NCBI GenBank assembly: GCA_943350175.1
Contig: CALQZX010000004.1
Span: 7,214 to 71,213 of the forward strand
From: Parcubacteria group bacterium
GTDB taxonomy: Bacteria; Patescibacteriota; Microgenomatia; UBA1400; PJMF01
DNA length: 64,000 nucleotides
Direction of reading: 5' to 3'
The position numbers were made by a program, and so were the translations under genes. A model generated the notes under the pieces. That model worked only from the letters and a program-made list of their open reading frames with translations, did no database searches and was not told the DNA's origin. Within the stretch, counting starts at the first letter, position 1; each line of letters begins with the position of its first letter. Below, piece by piece: positions 30,296 through 40,081 of the stretch.

Positions 30296-30748
30296 CTAGA
30301 GGCGAATAGCCTCATCAATCAAGAAAATTTGATTCTTTCTAAGCAATGGCATTTTATCTTGCGCAAAAAAACCATATTCAGAAACTTCATGAGTGGGAGC
30401 AAAATTACCACCGATTAAAACGCCGACATAGCACATGTCCAAACGTGCAGAATCTCGATCTGTGCGAGTTTTGAGGGCTTGATCAACACTAACTATAAAA
30501 CCAGACTCTTCTTTGATTTCTCTCTCTAGAGCTTCTCGCGGATGCTCTCCAGCGCTCATATAACCACCAGGCAAACTCCAAGAGTGAGATCTGTAAGTAT
30601 GCTTGAAGAGAAGAACTTCTTTTCTATCATTGAAAATAATTCCCGTCACACCAATCAAAAATTGATCTTGAAAAAAGCGCATAGCAAGAAGCTGAGCGTT
30701 TTTAGGTAAATGCAAAATTTTCCAAATCTTGGCAAGTAAAGGCTTCAC
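30296..30748 (-). CDS. NUDIX hydrolase
   Basis: Nudix box GGYMSAGEHPREALEREIKEESG. Confidence 0.65.
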   Translation of the reverse strand: MKPLLAKIWKILHLPKNAQLLAMRFFQDQFLIGVTGIIFNDRKEVLLFKHTYRSHSWSLPGGYMSAGEHPREALEREIKEESGFIVSVDQALKTRTDRDSARLDMCYVGVLIGGNFAPTHEVSEYGFFAQDKMPLLRKNQIFLIDEAIRL

Positions 30749-31110
30749 AATGCGTTTAAATCCTCAGGCTCAGAAGCAGACTGGTGTTTGAGCTTTTCTT
30801 TCTCCAACTCCAATTGATGAACTCTTTTGGTTAATTCAAGAACTTCGTCTTTACCTTTTCTAATTTCATTTCTTTTTCCTCTGATCAGAAATGACATTGA
30901 AATATCATGAATAAGATTGATTAGATAAGACATTGCCAAACCAATAACTAGAGAGCCGACGATCACATAGAAAAGTGGAACATCACTTAAAACATAGAGT
31001 CCCAAATTAACCGAGACTGGGGTTAGATTGAACTGTGACAAATAAGCGAGAGCAGAGCCGACCAATAAAAACAAAATTAAAACAAGCATAAACATACCTT
31101 CCGGCGTCAT
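30745..31110 (-). CDS. LapA-like (DUF1049) inner-membrane protein
   Basis: two N-terminal TM helices, then a charged coiled region. Confidence 0.45.
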   Translation of the reverse strand: MTPEGMFMLVLILFLLVGSALAYLSQFNLTPVSVNLGLYVLSDVPLFYVIVGSLVIGLAMSYLINLIHDISMSFLIRGKRNEIRKGKDEVLELTKRVHQLELEKEKLKHQSASEPEDLNAL

Positions 31111-31192
31111 TGTATGCTACAAAACTTAAATATAATACGAGACGTTTAGAATTTGATTGATTGTTCTGACTATTAGTCTATAATCAAAACAT

Positions 31193-33001
31193 ATGTCATC
31201 AAGACGTAGACATAATGCAAGAAGCTTGGGAATTGATGGGCCATCAGCAACAGATGAATTTGCTGAACGTTCTACTCAATTCAAGGGAGAAAAAGCAGCT
31301 AGCTTTGATAATCCAGGAAGATTAATTCTAGAACAAGCATCAGATAGCGATGAGATGCTTATGAGTTTAATGGGTGCCGGTGCGTTAATAAGCATTATTG
31401 ATCAAATATTTATTGCCTTAAATAATGGTAAATATTCACCAGAAGAAATTGGTATTAATAGGGAAAGAGCTGCAAATATTGCTAATTCAGCAGGAGCTCT
31501 ACAATTTTTGGGGATGGGAATTAGTCTATTAAAAAAATACGGCTATGAAGCCAAAGATTGGTTAAAAACTTATAGAGTTCCCGCTAGAGCTAAAACACGA
31601 CAACCAATGTGTATTCAAACTTTTGAATCACCTCACGTTAAGTGGAAACAATTGGGGACATCAGACAGTCTGCCTAATTTTGAAGTTGGAAAAGAATCTG
31701 GCGACGTCTTAATGCACTTTACCGTGCCACTTCGTGATGGCAACATGAAAGTTGGAATTGTTTTAGATGGAATTACCAATACTAAACATGCTGAAGCAGA
31801 TATCCTTTCTAGTAAAGATTTAGCAAGAATAATAGAAGAAGAACTTTCTTGGTTTCAAACAAAAAATAAAGGCAATATTAACAGGGAAACAATTGGTTAC
31901 TTTCTTTTAAAAATTCATGAAAAACTAGTAGCTAAGGGCATTGATCAGGGATTTTTTGAACGGGCTACGGCCGGAATGTTTTTTCATTTGGAAAATCGCC
32001 TTTTTATGGTTAGAGCTGCCGATACTAAATGGAATGTAACAACATATGATGAAAAAATTGATGACATAGTTACACTCTCACCACCACCCAATCACATTGA
32101 ACATTTTGATGACCCTCAAGTTGGACACTCACAAGCTGCGATGCTACCAGACATGCCAGAAGCATTATTGAGTGTTTTAGCAAAAACAGCAAAAGAAAAC
32201 GTGGAAAAATTAGTAAATTCAGGTGAAAAATATAATCGAGAAGATAAAACAACTACTGTTGCTGCCTTCGGTCATAGCGGACCAATTGAAAAATTTGTGG
32301 ATATTGATGAAATACAAATTGATCCAGATCAACCATTATTTGTACAAATCTCTTCAGATGGATTAACTGAGCTAAGTAGAGTTTTAGAAATCAAACAACC
32401 ATGGATGCTAGGTCTTGCTTTTGCATTAAATTCATACGCATCACGCATTGATCCTAATCAAGGTAGAGGAAAGAATAGTGCAAAGGTAGAAAGCAAGGTT
32501 TCTGGAAAAAAAGTGCTTCGTCCAGAAACCTTTTTTGCCAGGCAATTATTGGCCCGTCCATTTGCAATGGCACACTTGGCATCTTTATATTTAATGATGA
32601 TGGGCAAAGTACCTAAAGACATGGATTATCGTTTCAAAAAAGATGATACTTGCCTGTTATTCTACCGTAGCGAATCATTCTCTCTAAAAGCTCAGCAAGC
32701 TTTATTCAAACACTTATCTCCTCATTCCACGCAAAGAGGAAGTATTATTCATGATTATAAATCTGTTCTAGATGGCGGTTGGCAAAGATTTACCACCTTG
32801 TTCTTTCTTCTCACTGGAACGGTTTTCCCAGAAGGAAAACTACATGAATTGCGGGATAGTAGCGACCCAACTGTACTGGATTTGCATGTTAAAAAATTTA
32901 TTAGAGAAATTCTGATAACAGTGAACCTGCCTGATATACAGCGAGATGAAATAGATAGAATAATTGAAGAAGCACTACTAGGCAGTGAAAAAAAACTATA
33001 A
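31193..33001 (+). CDS. large hypothetical soluble protein (602 aa), no recognisable domain
   Basis: long ORF with ordinary composition. Confidence 0.5.
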   Translation: MSSRRRHNARSLGIDGPSATDEFAERSTQFKGEKAASFDNPGRLILEQASDSDEMLMSLMGAGALISIIDQIFIALNNGKYSPEEIGINRERAANIANSAGALQFLGMGISLLKKYGYEAKDWLKTYRVPARAKTRQPMCIQTFESPHVKWKQLGTSDSLPNFEVGKESGDVLMHFTVPLRDGNMKVGIVLDGITNTKHAEADILSSKDLARIIEEELSWFQTKNKGNINRETIGYFLLKIHEKLVAKGIDQGFFERATAGMFFHLENRLFMVRAADTKWNVTTYDEKIDDIVTLSPPPNHIEHFDDPQVGHSQAAMLPDMPEALLSVLAKTAKENVEKLVNSGEKYNREDKTTTVAAFGHSGPIEKFVDIDEIQIDPDQPLFVQISSDGLTELSRVLEIKQPWMLGLAFALNSYASRIDPNQGRGKNSAKVESKVSGKKVLRPETFFARQLLARPFAMAHLASLYLMMMGKVPKDMDYRFKKDDTCLLFYRSESFSLKAQQALFKHLSPHSTQRGSIIHDYKSVLDGGWQRFTTLFFLLTGTVFPEGKLHELRDSSDPTVLDLHVKKFIREILITVNLPDIQRDEIDRIIEEALLGSEKKL

Positions 33002-33021
33002 AAATAATAGTTCACTTTTGA

Positions 33022-34689
33022 TTATCTCTTTACGTCTAGAATTTGGTAAATGACTTTTGATAAGGAATCAGCCACTTCTCCAACGACTTCATAAGCATAG
33101 TTTTCTTTGATGTGCAGAGAATCTCCGCCAACCCTACTGACATATAAAAAGTCACCAGTTTTTTCTTTTAGCAAATCCTTAAAAACATCTTTTTCATTGA
33201 TGAAATAAATATTTTCCAAACTTTTCGCGTATCGAAAGCCTTCTAAATCTAGGTTATAGTAAGTTAGATTTTTGGTTAAAAGCGTTGGGTTGTATTTTAA
33301 ATAGTACAAAAAATAAATATATGGCGTGGTGCCGACTTCGCTAAAAACCACAAACTGACGCTGATCCTTCTTCTGCCAAACTTGAGAAGTTAATTCCTTC
33401 ATGTACCAATTGGAGGAGTCTAGGTCTAATTTTGGAGCGATCAAGAAGTAATTGATAAAAAAATGATAAACAGAATAAACAAGTAAGAAGACCACTGGAA
33501 TAAAAATTAATCTTTTATCCCAAATTTTTCGCAAACCATAAGCTGAAATGACTGACAAAGGAATGAGCAAAGCAAAAGCTCTGGTACTATGATTAGCATC
33601 AAAAGTAATAATCGGAGCAATGATTGCCGCTAAAGTCATAAACAATATTAATTTTTGCCATGGTTTCTTTTCTTGAATAAAAAAGATCAGCGCTATTATA
33701 ATTAATAAGGCTTGCAAAGGATAAAGATTGGCTACTCTACTAACGTTGTGACTCGAATTTGTGCCACCCTTAATAAATAGAAAGTCAGCAGAAAAAACCT
33801 TAAAAATATTTATGCTTAACTGCTGACCGATTACTGAAAGATCATTAACGTACAGTTTAGCCCACATAGAAGATGGGTTGCTGAACCTCTGTCTATCTTG
33901 AAACATTTGCTCGTTGTAGTGAGCATTTTCAAAAATAGATAAGCCAGAAAATTTGACGGTATTGGCTTGCTTGAAACCTGAAAATATAAAAAGTGCGGCA
34001 CAAAAAAATAAAAAAACTAAATTAACAAAAAGTGATTTTTTAAATTTATTAAAATGATCAAAAAATAAATAATAGTTTGAAACAAATAGATATATAGCCA
34101 TAATTGGCGTGAAGATCTGAAAAGCATGATAAGTAAAAACCGTCAAACTCCAACAAAGAATCACCAACAAAGAATATTTAGTGGCAGTTTGTTTCTTCTT
34201 TATTTGCTCTAATAAAATTTCAAAAAAACAAAACCCAAGTAACCAAAAAAATAAAGCTAAATTAGCCTCATAAGCCACTTTAGCAAAATGAATTGACCAG
34301 GGAGTAATTGCTAAAATTAAAGCAGTCAATATTGCCAATAATTCGTCTTTACTCCATTTTTTAACCAAATAAAAGGAAGTGAAAATAATTCCTAAACTAG
34401 CCAAAGCGGATGGGAACTTAACCACCCAATCTTCTAAGCCAAAAATTGCTAAAAATGGTAATAAAGAATAAACATATCCAGGCAATTTCCAGTCTCCAAA
34501 AGATTCAATTTGCAAAGGTAAAAAGCTACCATGTTCTTCTTTAAAAGTTTTTAAGATGGCGAAGGAATTATAAGCCAAAGAAGCCTCATCTCTATTTAAA
34601 GCTACTGGCACTTTGGCAAACTGCCAAAAACGCAAGACAACAGCCAGAAGAAGAATTAAGAATAATGGTAACTTTTTATTCATCATCAC
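33022..34689 (-). CDS. GT-C glycosyltransferase family 39 / ArnT-PMT-like membrane glycosyltransferase
   Basis: N-terminal RFWQF...NRDEASLAYNSF loop (DE motif of GT39/ArnT), about 12 TM. Confidence 0.6.
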   Translation of the reverse strand: MMMNKKLPLFLILLLAVVLRFWQFAKVPVALNRDEASLAYNSFAILKTFKEEHGSFLPLQIESFGDWKLPGYVYSLLPFLAIFGLEDWVVKFPSALASLGIIFTSFYLVKKWSKDELLAILTALILAITPWSIHFAKVAYEANLALFFWLLGFCFFEILLEQIKKKQTATKYSLLVILCWSLTVFTYHAFQIFTPIMAIYLFVSNYYLFFDHFNKFKKSLFVNLVFLFFCAALFIFSGFKQANTVKFSGLSIFENAHYNEQMFQDRQRFSNPSSMWAKLYVNDLSVIGQQLSINIFKVFSADFLFIKGGTNSSHNVSRVANLYPLQALLIIIALIFFIQEKKPWQKLILFMTLAAIIAPIITFDANHSTRAFALLIPLSVISAYGLRKIWDKRLIFIPVVFLLVYSVYHFFINYFLIAPKLDLDSSNWYMKELTSQVWQKKDQRQFVVFSEVGTTPYIYFLYYLKYNPTLLTKNLTYYNLDLEGFRYAKSLENIYFINEKDVFKDLLKEKTGDFLYVSRVGGDSLHIKENYAYEVVGEVADSLSKVIYQILDVKR

Positions 34690-34949
34690 ATCTTCAAATA
34701 TGTTAGCAATTCAAACATCAGAATAGCTGGCCAGAAAAAGGCTTTGCCAATGCCCGTCATAACTAAACCAAAAGTGCCGGCACCCTTAAGAAAATAAAAT
34801 AAGGCGCCAACAACACCTAAGCCATAGATAGCGTTGGAGCAGCCTTGACTATGGTGGCCACAATGCCCGTTGCAACCTCTAGAGAAAGCGCTGCCATCGC
34901 AACATTCTGGGGATGAGTTTTCTTTTTTCATGAGCTCATTATAATACAA
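34686..34949 (-). CDS. small membrane protein with Cys/His-rich N-terminal segment (CCDGS...GCNGHCGHHSQGC), putative metal-binding
   Basis: ORF overlapping the GT39 stop by 4 nt; two C-terminal TM helices. Confidence 0.4.
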   Translation of the reverse strand: MYYNELMKKENSSPECCDGSAFSRGCNGHCGHHSQGCSNAIYGLGVVGALFYFLKGAGTFGLVMTGIGKAFFWPAILMFELLTYLKM

Positions 34950-34982
34950 AGACTCATACTCTGTACATAAATGACAACATTC

Positions 34983-37385
34983 TCATTGATGATAAATCTG
35001 TATTTTTCTCATTTGCACTGCCATAAATCCTCTTCGTAAAATTAAAAAAACAATAGCCGATAAGGTTGAAATGAAAAACAAATTACACACATTGAAAACT
35101 CGTTTCACTTCCAAATTCTCTGCCACATCATTCATTGCTCCAAGCACATTGGGAAATTCATCATTTTCTTCATTCGATCCATCAATTACTTTAGTTGGTT
35201 TGTGATTTAAGAACCTAATATTAAAACTACTGGCAGCGTATCCTGACTGATAATTTTCTCCACTTTCACCAAGACCACTCACCCAAGCTAATAATTGATA
35301 ATTGCCGTCATAGGCTTCTTTGGACATTGTCATCTGAAAACTCAACTTGATATCCTCGCCGCCCATCACACTTTCCAAAGCTACTATTCCGCCACCAATC
35401 ACCTCACCTTGACTATCTAAAAGCAAAGTATGAAGTTGTGTGTCTAGACTAATTCCGCCACCATTTTTAAGAAATATCTCAAAAATAACGCCATCTCCAG
35501 GATACACAAACTTATTTACGTTATTTTTTGCCTGAATTTCAAAGTTTGGCATTTGAACCTCTCGTTTTTCCTGATCAATATTTTCCTGAGTACTTGTCAA
35601 CTCTTTTTTTAGAAAAATCACTGGAATCTCGGAAAGCCAATAATTATTGGTCATGTTCTCATCGTCTCTACCCCTAACTGATATTTGACTCAATATTTGC
35701 TTCGCATCAACTGGTAAACTTTCTAGGTTTCCCTGCACTGTATAAACTTTTTTTTCTCCAGGCAAAAAATTACCCGCACGCCATGACCAAGCTCCTGTTC
35801 CTGAATTCAGCATCAATCCATCAACACTCAAATTTTTTAGCCAAGGCACAGTTTGAGTCACCATCACGTCTCTAGCTGCAATCAAACCTCTGTTTTGAAT
35901 TTGCACCAAATAGTCAACTACTCCCTCAGATTTTACTCCTGATGATGACTCTAGAAGTAATACCTCTAAATCAGGGTAAGCAAAAATCAACGAACCACTC
36001 CAATCGCCCAATATATTTAAATCGACATGCGACAAATGCGAGTTGATCAGGATGGAATTTATGTAGGAAAAGCTTGAAGCCACTGCTCTCGCATCGCCGG
36101 TTTCCAGCTCCGCTACACCATCAGTAATTTTTTGAGTATTTCTACCAGTATTCGCTGTCGCTACCGCCAAAGAATCAACTTTAGCCTCATTGTTGATTTC
36201 TGCTTCAATCGACAGACCAGTCTCACCGACATCATCGATTTGATTAGAACTCAATTGATCAAATTCGGTGAATAAATATTCAAACTCATGTGCTCCAGCT
36301 TCAAAAGTTTGAACATCATTAGGATCATTCCAACCATAGACCTGGCCCTCCCAGTCAGAGAGGATGTTTAACCTAACCAAATACTTCAGAGCATTCAAGT
36401 AGACACTGTTCATTTCAACTTGTGACACACTTATGGAATCAGCATTACCACTACTTAGTCTTAAGACGCTTTTGTCGTCTGATTCTTCTATTAATTGTGT
36501 ATTTTCCCCAGTCTGCGCAGCTGATATGGCATTGTTGTTGACCACAGTTGAATTATCAATTTCTAGATTTAGCTGATCAATACATTGATTAGTAAATTGT
36601 TGATTCACGAGCCATTCAATAAAAGATTTTGAAACATAATTGGGATTTTCAAGAATTATATTTCCTGAATAATCAGAGAAAATATTAAAAACATCATATT
36701 TAAAAGTAGAGTCGATAAGCACTGAATTAACCACTGCCACTGAGGTTGCGGATGCCAAAGCATCACCAGTCGACATTGATAAAGAGCCATCACTCACTAA
36801 ACTTTGGGTGTTATCTCCAGTATTTGCTATTGCCACCGCTTCCACTGACACCACAGCGTCTTGAGATACTCTGACATCAACAGACTCAGTAGTGGAATCT
36901 ATGGGTTCAGAAATCATTACGTCATCATCGCTTGCCTGCAGATTGTGCTCAGTCACTTCAAGCTCGCTGTTTACTAATTCTGTATTTGCTGAGACCATGC
37001 TCACCGCAGACGCCTCTGCTAGACCGGTTTGTTGCGCCAATTCTGTCTCTGCTGTCAAAAGATCGCTTTCCAAAGATTGAGTTTCGGTGGGCGTGGGCGT
37101 AGGAGTGGGAGTGGGCGTGGGCGTAGGAGTGGGAGAAAACTCAGGAAGCACGGTTTCTTGATTAGATTGAGTTTGTTCTTGAACGATCTCAATTACTGGG
37201 GATTGTTTTAAATCTGCAACATTTTCTACTGGCGGAGCATCAGGAGAAACAACAGCAGCTGGACTCTCCTCACTTATCGCAAATACAACCTCATCAGCGT
37301 AAATTTTTGTTGGGAAAAACAACTCCAGCCACACTTGACCAAAACTCAACTGAACAAAGATGAGCAGAGAAGTAAATCTTTTCAT
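34983..37385 (-). CDS. large secreted repeat protein with (PT)8 linker and at least three copies of an roughly 80-aa A-x-TG-D/E-N-T-Q domain
   Basis: signal peptide; PTPTPTPTPTPTPTPT; repeats around ANTGDNTQ, AQTGENTQ, ANTGRNTQ, each followed by TGDA...S..NS.LI. Confidence 0.6.
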   Translation of the reverse strand: MKRFTSLLIFVQLSFGQVWLELFFPTKIYADEVVFAISEESPAAVVSPDAPPVENVADLKQSPVIEIVQEQTQSNQETVLPEFSPTPTPTPTPTPTPTPTETQSLESDLLTAETELAQQTGLAEASAVSMVSANTELVNSELEVTEHNLQASDDDVMISEPIDSTTESVDVRVSQDAVVSVEAVAIANTGDNTQSLVSDGSLSMSTGDALASATSVAVVNSVLIDSTFKYDVFNIFSDYSGNIILENPNYVSKSFIEWLVNQQFTNQCIDQLNLEIDNSTVVNNNAISAAQTGENTQLIEESDDKSVLRLSSGNADSISVSQVEMNSVYLNALKYLVRLNILSDWEGQVYGWNDPNDVQTFEAGAHEFEYLFTEFDQLSSNQIDDVGETGLSIEAEINNEAKVDSLAVATANTGRNTQKITDGVAELETGDARAVASSFSYINSILINSHLSHVDLNILGDWSGSLIFAYPDLEVLLLESSSGVKSEGVVDYLVQIQNRGLIAARDVMVTQTVPWLKNLSVDGLMLNSGTGAWSWRAGNFLPGEKKVYTVQGNLESLPVDAKQILSQISVRGRDDENMTNNYWLSEIPVIFLKKELTSTQENIDQEKREVQMPNFEIQAKNNVNKFVYPGDGVIFEIFLKNGGGISLDTQLHTLLLDSQGEVIGGGIVALESVMGGEDIKLSFQMTMSKEAYDGNYQLLAWVSGLGESGENYQSGYAASSFNIRFLNHKPTKVIDGSNEENDEFPNVLGAMNDVAENLEVKRVFNVCNLFFISTLSAIVFLILRRGFMAVQMRKIQIYHQ
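37087..37134 (-). repeat. hexanucleotide tandem repeat (GGNGTN)8 encoding the PT linker
   Basis: gggcgtgggcgtaggagtgggagtgggcgtgggcgtaggagtggga. Confidence 0.8.
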
Positions 37386-37394
37386 ATTTTACCC

Positions 37395-37421
37395 GGGAGG
37401 GGAGCCACATGCTCCCCTCCC
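37395..37421 (-). terminator. GC-rich perfect hairpin (11-bp stem GGGAGGGGAGC, 5-nt loop) between the two repeat-protein genes; terminator or attenuator
   Basis: gggaggggagc-cacat-gctcccctccc, a GC island in an AT-rich intergenic region. Confidence 0.4.
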
Positions 37422-37444
37422 TCTCAAATCAAAACTTAATATCT

Positions 37445-37999
37445 TTAGCGACTGATGCGCAAATCAGTCATATTGACTCTAGCCGTAGCTGTTCCGATTG
37501 CTGTTGACCCACCAGTTCTCGTGGTCTGAGTGCTATTACGGCGCCAACTATCTATATCCTGGTCATTGTCACCAGTTTCAGCATCAGCAGTAGCATTATT
37601 TGAGAGTCTAGTATCGTCATTTTCGACTCCAACCTCAAAATTATTACTACCGCACCTGCTAGTTACGCAAGCATAGTCAACTTGCATAAAGGTTTCGTTG
37701 ACAACTGCGTCGGCAAGAGCATCTGCTGCAGAATTACCGGTTTCAATCAGTTGAGTCAGAGTAGGACCGCTCCTCGTACGATGAGTGAACATACTCCTCA
37801 CTGCGTCTATATCTTGATCATTATCTCCAGTATTGGCTTCTGCAACTGCGTTGTTACTGACCGTGGTGTCGCTATTTTCCACTGTCACTTCAAACGTAGA
37901 ACCCCGATGATTCCTCCAATCATATGCTTGGGCGGTTCCTACGCTTCCACCAACCAGAAGCATCCAAGCCAAACCAGCAACAATTACTTTACCTACCAT
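37445..37999 (-). CDS. small secreted protein with two copies of the same A-x-TG-D-N-D-Q repeat domain
   Basis: signal peptide; SNNAVAEANTGDNDQDID and SNNATADAETGDNDQDID internal duplication. Confidence 0.55.
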   Translation of the reverse strand: MVGKVIVAGLAWMLLVGGSVGTAQAYDWRNHRGSTFEVTVENSDTTVSNNAVAEANTGDNDQDIDAVRSMFTHRTRSGPTLTQLIETGNSAADALADAVVNETFMQVDYACVTSRCGSNNFEVGVENDDTRLSNNATADAETGDNDQDIDSWRRNSTQTTRTGGSTAIGTATARVNMTDLRISR

Positions 38000-38081
38000 A
38001 TACCCCCTCCTTTCTGGGATACTTTATACTAAAGCAATGCTAAGAATTTTCTAAATTAATAGATGTAATTAGCTGGACAAA

Positions 38082-38140
38082 AAATTTGTTAACTAGCTAA
38101 CAAATTTTGAAATATCAATCCTTTTTGTGATATACTTGAC
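38082..38140 (+). promoter_or_regulatory. two CRP/FNR-type palindromes upstream of the Crp-family gene
   Basis: AAATTTGTTA-actagc-TAACAAATTT (10-6-10 perfect IR, core TGTTA-N6-TAACA) at 38082-38107, and TGTGA-tatact-TGACA at 38123-38138. Confidence 0.3.
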
Positions 38141-38143
38141 ACA

Positions 38144-38809
38144 ATGAAAGACTCAGATTGTTTACGCTATAAACTTGATGTTTTCTTCATGAAACACCAC
38201 CACATCTATTTAAAAAAGCACGAGCATTTACTCCAACCATATCAAAACATAAATTACGTCTACTACCTTTATCAAGGATCAATTAGACAATACTCTATCT
38301 CTAAAAATGGCAATGAACTCACGCTCGTGGTTTTCAACACTGGCACAATTCTATTCTTTCTACAACTTCTAGACTGTAAGAATGCCACTAGTAAATATTT
38401 CTATCAGGCACTTACTCCCTGCAAAATTTATGTCGCCACGTTGGAAGAAACTTGTAGTTTTCTTAGACAAAACACGCAGATACTTATTGATTTCATGCAG
38501 CGCCTTGGTCGAGGTTTGGAAGGTTTTTTAACTCAAATTGAATCAATTGCGTTGGGAAATGCAGACGAAAAACTCGCCACTCTACTGCTGACATTATCTC
38601 AAAGATTTGGTCAAAAAATTGAAAGAGGTACTCTCATCAGTCTACCTCTCACTCATTATGATTTGTCATGTATGGTCGGCACCTCCAGAGAAACAGCCAG
38701 TACAGTTTTAAAAAAAATGGAGCGTGCGGGAATTATTTTTAGACGTAAAAAGCAAACGGTCATCACTAATCCAAGTAAACTGGAAGAGTTAGCACTTTCT
38801 CACACATAA
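38144..38809 (+). CDS. Crp/Fnr-family transcriptional regulator (cNMP-binding domain + C-terminal HTH)
   Basis: HTH SCMVGTSRETASTVLKKMERAGII. Confidence 0.7.
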   Translation: MKDSDCLRYKLDVFFMKHHHIYLKKHEHLLQPYQNINYVYYLYQGSIRQYSISKNGNELTLVVFNTGTILFFLQLLDCKNATSKYFYQALTPCKIYVATLEETCSFLRQNTQILIDFMQRLGRGLEGFLTQIESIALGNADEKLATLLLTLSQRFGQKIERGTLISLPLTHYDLSCMVGTSRETASTVLKKMERAGIIFRRKKQTVITNPSKLEELALSHT

Positions 38810-38833
38810 TCAAATAATTGTTCGCTTAGCTTG

Positions 38834-40003
38834 TTACTTCTTCAACAAATATTTATATAGCATTTGATAGTAACTACCAAAACTCGCTGTTAGGAAAACA
38901 AAGCAAACTAAGCCGCCAAGAACTGGAATCATGCTAATGGTTGACAGCACTAAGGCACCAAGTAAAACTGGCTGCCAGCTTAATTCAGCGTTCTTTTTGG
39001 TAAATAATTTCATCAACCAAAGACCAAAGATAATGCTGGCAGTTGCCTTAGCTAACATCATCAGCAAACCATAAACTATTAGATTTAAGCCAGACAACCA
39101 AATACCAAATATCGTGAAAAATAAAATAATGCTAGCAATTGGCAGCATGATCATCAAAGTAAAACCCATGACAGCATTGGACCAAAAATTAGTCGACAGC
39201 TCTTTGGATGAATTTTTAAGTAATTTAATAAGTAACAAAAATATTGTGAAACTACTAACCAACGCCCCAACAAGCTTCATCATCCAAGTGCCAACTGCAA
39301 ATGCACCAAAGATTGAAGCAACTTCTTTATTTTCAAACTTTCCTTGAGAGCCAAAGCGTTCTTGATCTAATTTCTTGTAATCAACGACACCAGAAATAGT
39401 GGCATTATCTGCCATTTCGACTTCACGAGGGGAACTATAAGTGAGGTCACCTTTCAAGACTGCTTTATCACCCAGAACTAGTTCATCAGCTTCAACTTTC
39501 ACATCGCCAGTGATAGTGGAATTGATAATTACTTTTTTGCCACCTATAAATGCATCACCGACAACTGGAGCTTGCAGGTCAACTGTGCCTGCACCAGCAT
39601 AAAAACCTCCGCCAATTTTGGCTGCACTAGAAATAGTAAGGGTGCCTGCACCTACAAACAAATCATCGGCAATCTCGCTATCAATAACAACCGTTCCTCC
39701 TCCTAAATGAACAGAGCCTCCAACATTGCCCTTAACTAAAATTGTTTCACCACCAGCTTTGAGATCATCTTCCACATCACCATTAATATTTATGGTTTTG
39801 CCACCAAGATATAAACTTTTGGCAATATCGGCATCAATAGTTAAAAGATTGCCCGCAGCATACAAATTGCTTAACTTTTCACTAGCAGCTACTGTGACAT
39901 TTTCATTCTCTTTGAAACCAGTTCTAAACTCTGCAGCTTGAGCAGGAGTGCTATTCAAAATCAAACTTGATAAAAAAAACAAAAAGGCAAATAAGCGTTT
40001 CAT
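38834..40003 (-). CDS. membrane protein with extracytoplasmic bactofilin-like beta-helix repeats and C-terminal polytopic anchor
   Basis: signal peptide; repeated GxVxGDVxxxG/VGGSVHLGGG turns; 4-5 C-terminal TM helices. Confidence 0.5.
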   Translation of the reverse strand: MKRLFAFLFFLSSLILNSTPAQAAEFRTGFKENENVTVAASEKLSNLYAAGNLLTIDADIAKSLYLGGKTININGDVEDDLKAGGETILVKGNVGGSVHLGGGTVVIDSEIADDLFVGAGTLTISSAAKIGGGFYAGAGTVDLQAPVVGDAFIGGKKVIINSTITGDVKVEADELVLGDKAVLKGDLTYSSPREVEMADNATISGVVDYKKLDQERFGSQGKFENKEVASIFGAFAVGTWMMKLVGALVSSFTIFLLLIKLLKNSSKELSTNFWSNAVMGFTLMIMLPIASIILFFTIFGIWLSGLNLIVYGLLMMLAKATASIIFGLWLMKLFTKKNAELSWQPVLLGALVLSTISMIPVLGGLVCFVFLTASFGSYYQMLYKYLLKK

Positions 40004-40081
40004 ATGATCCTTTGTATATACTTAATATTTAGTATAGCAAAAAAATGGCTAAAAAATATATCATGCTATCATAGAGCGAAC

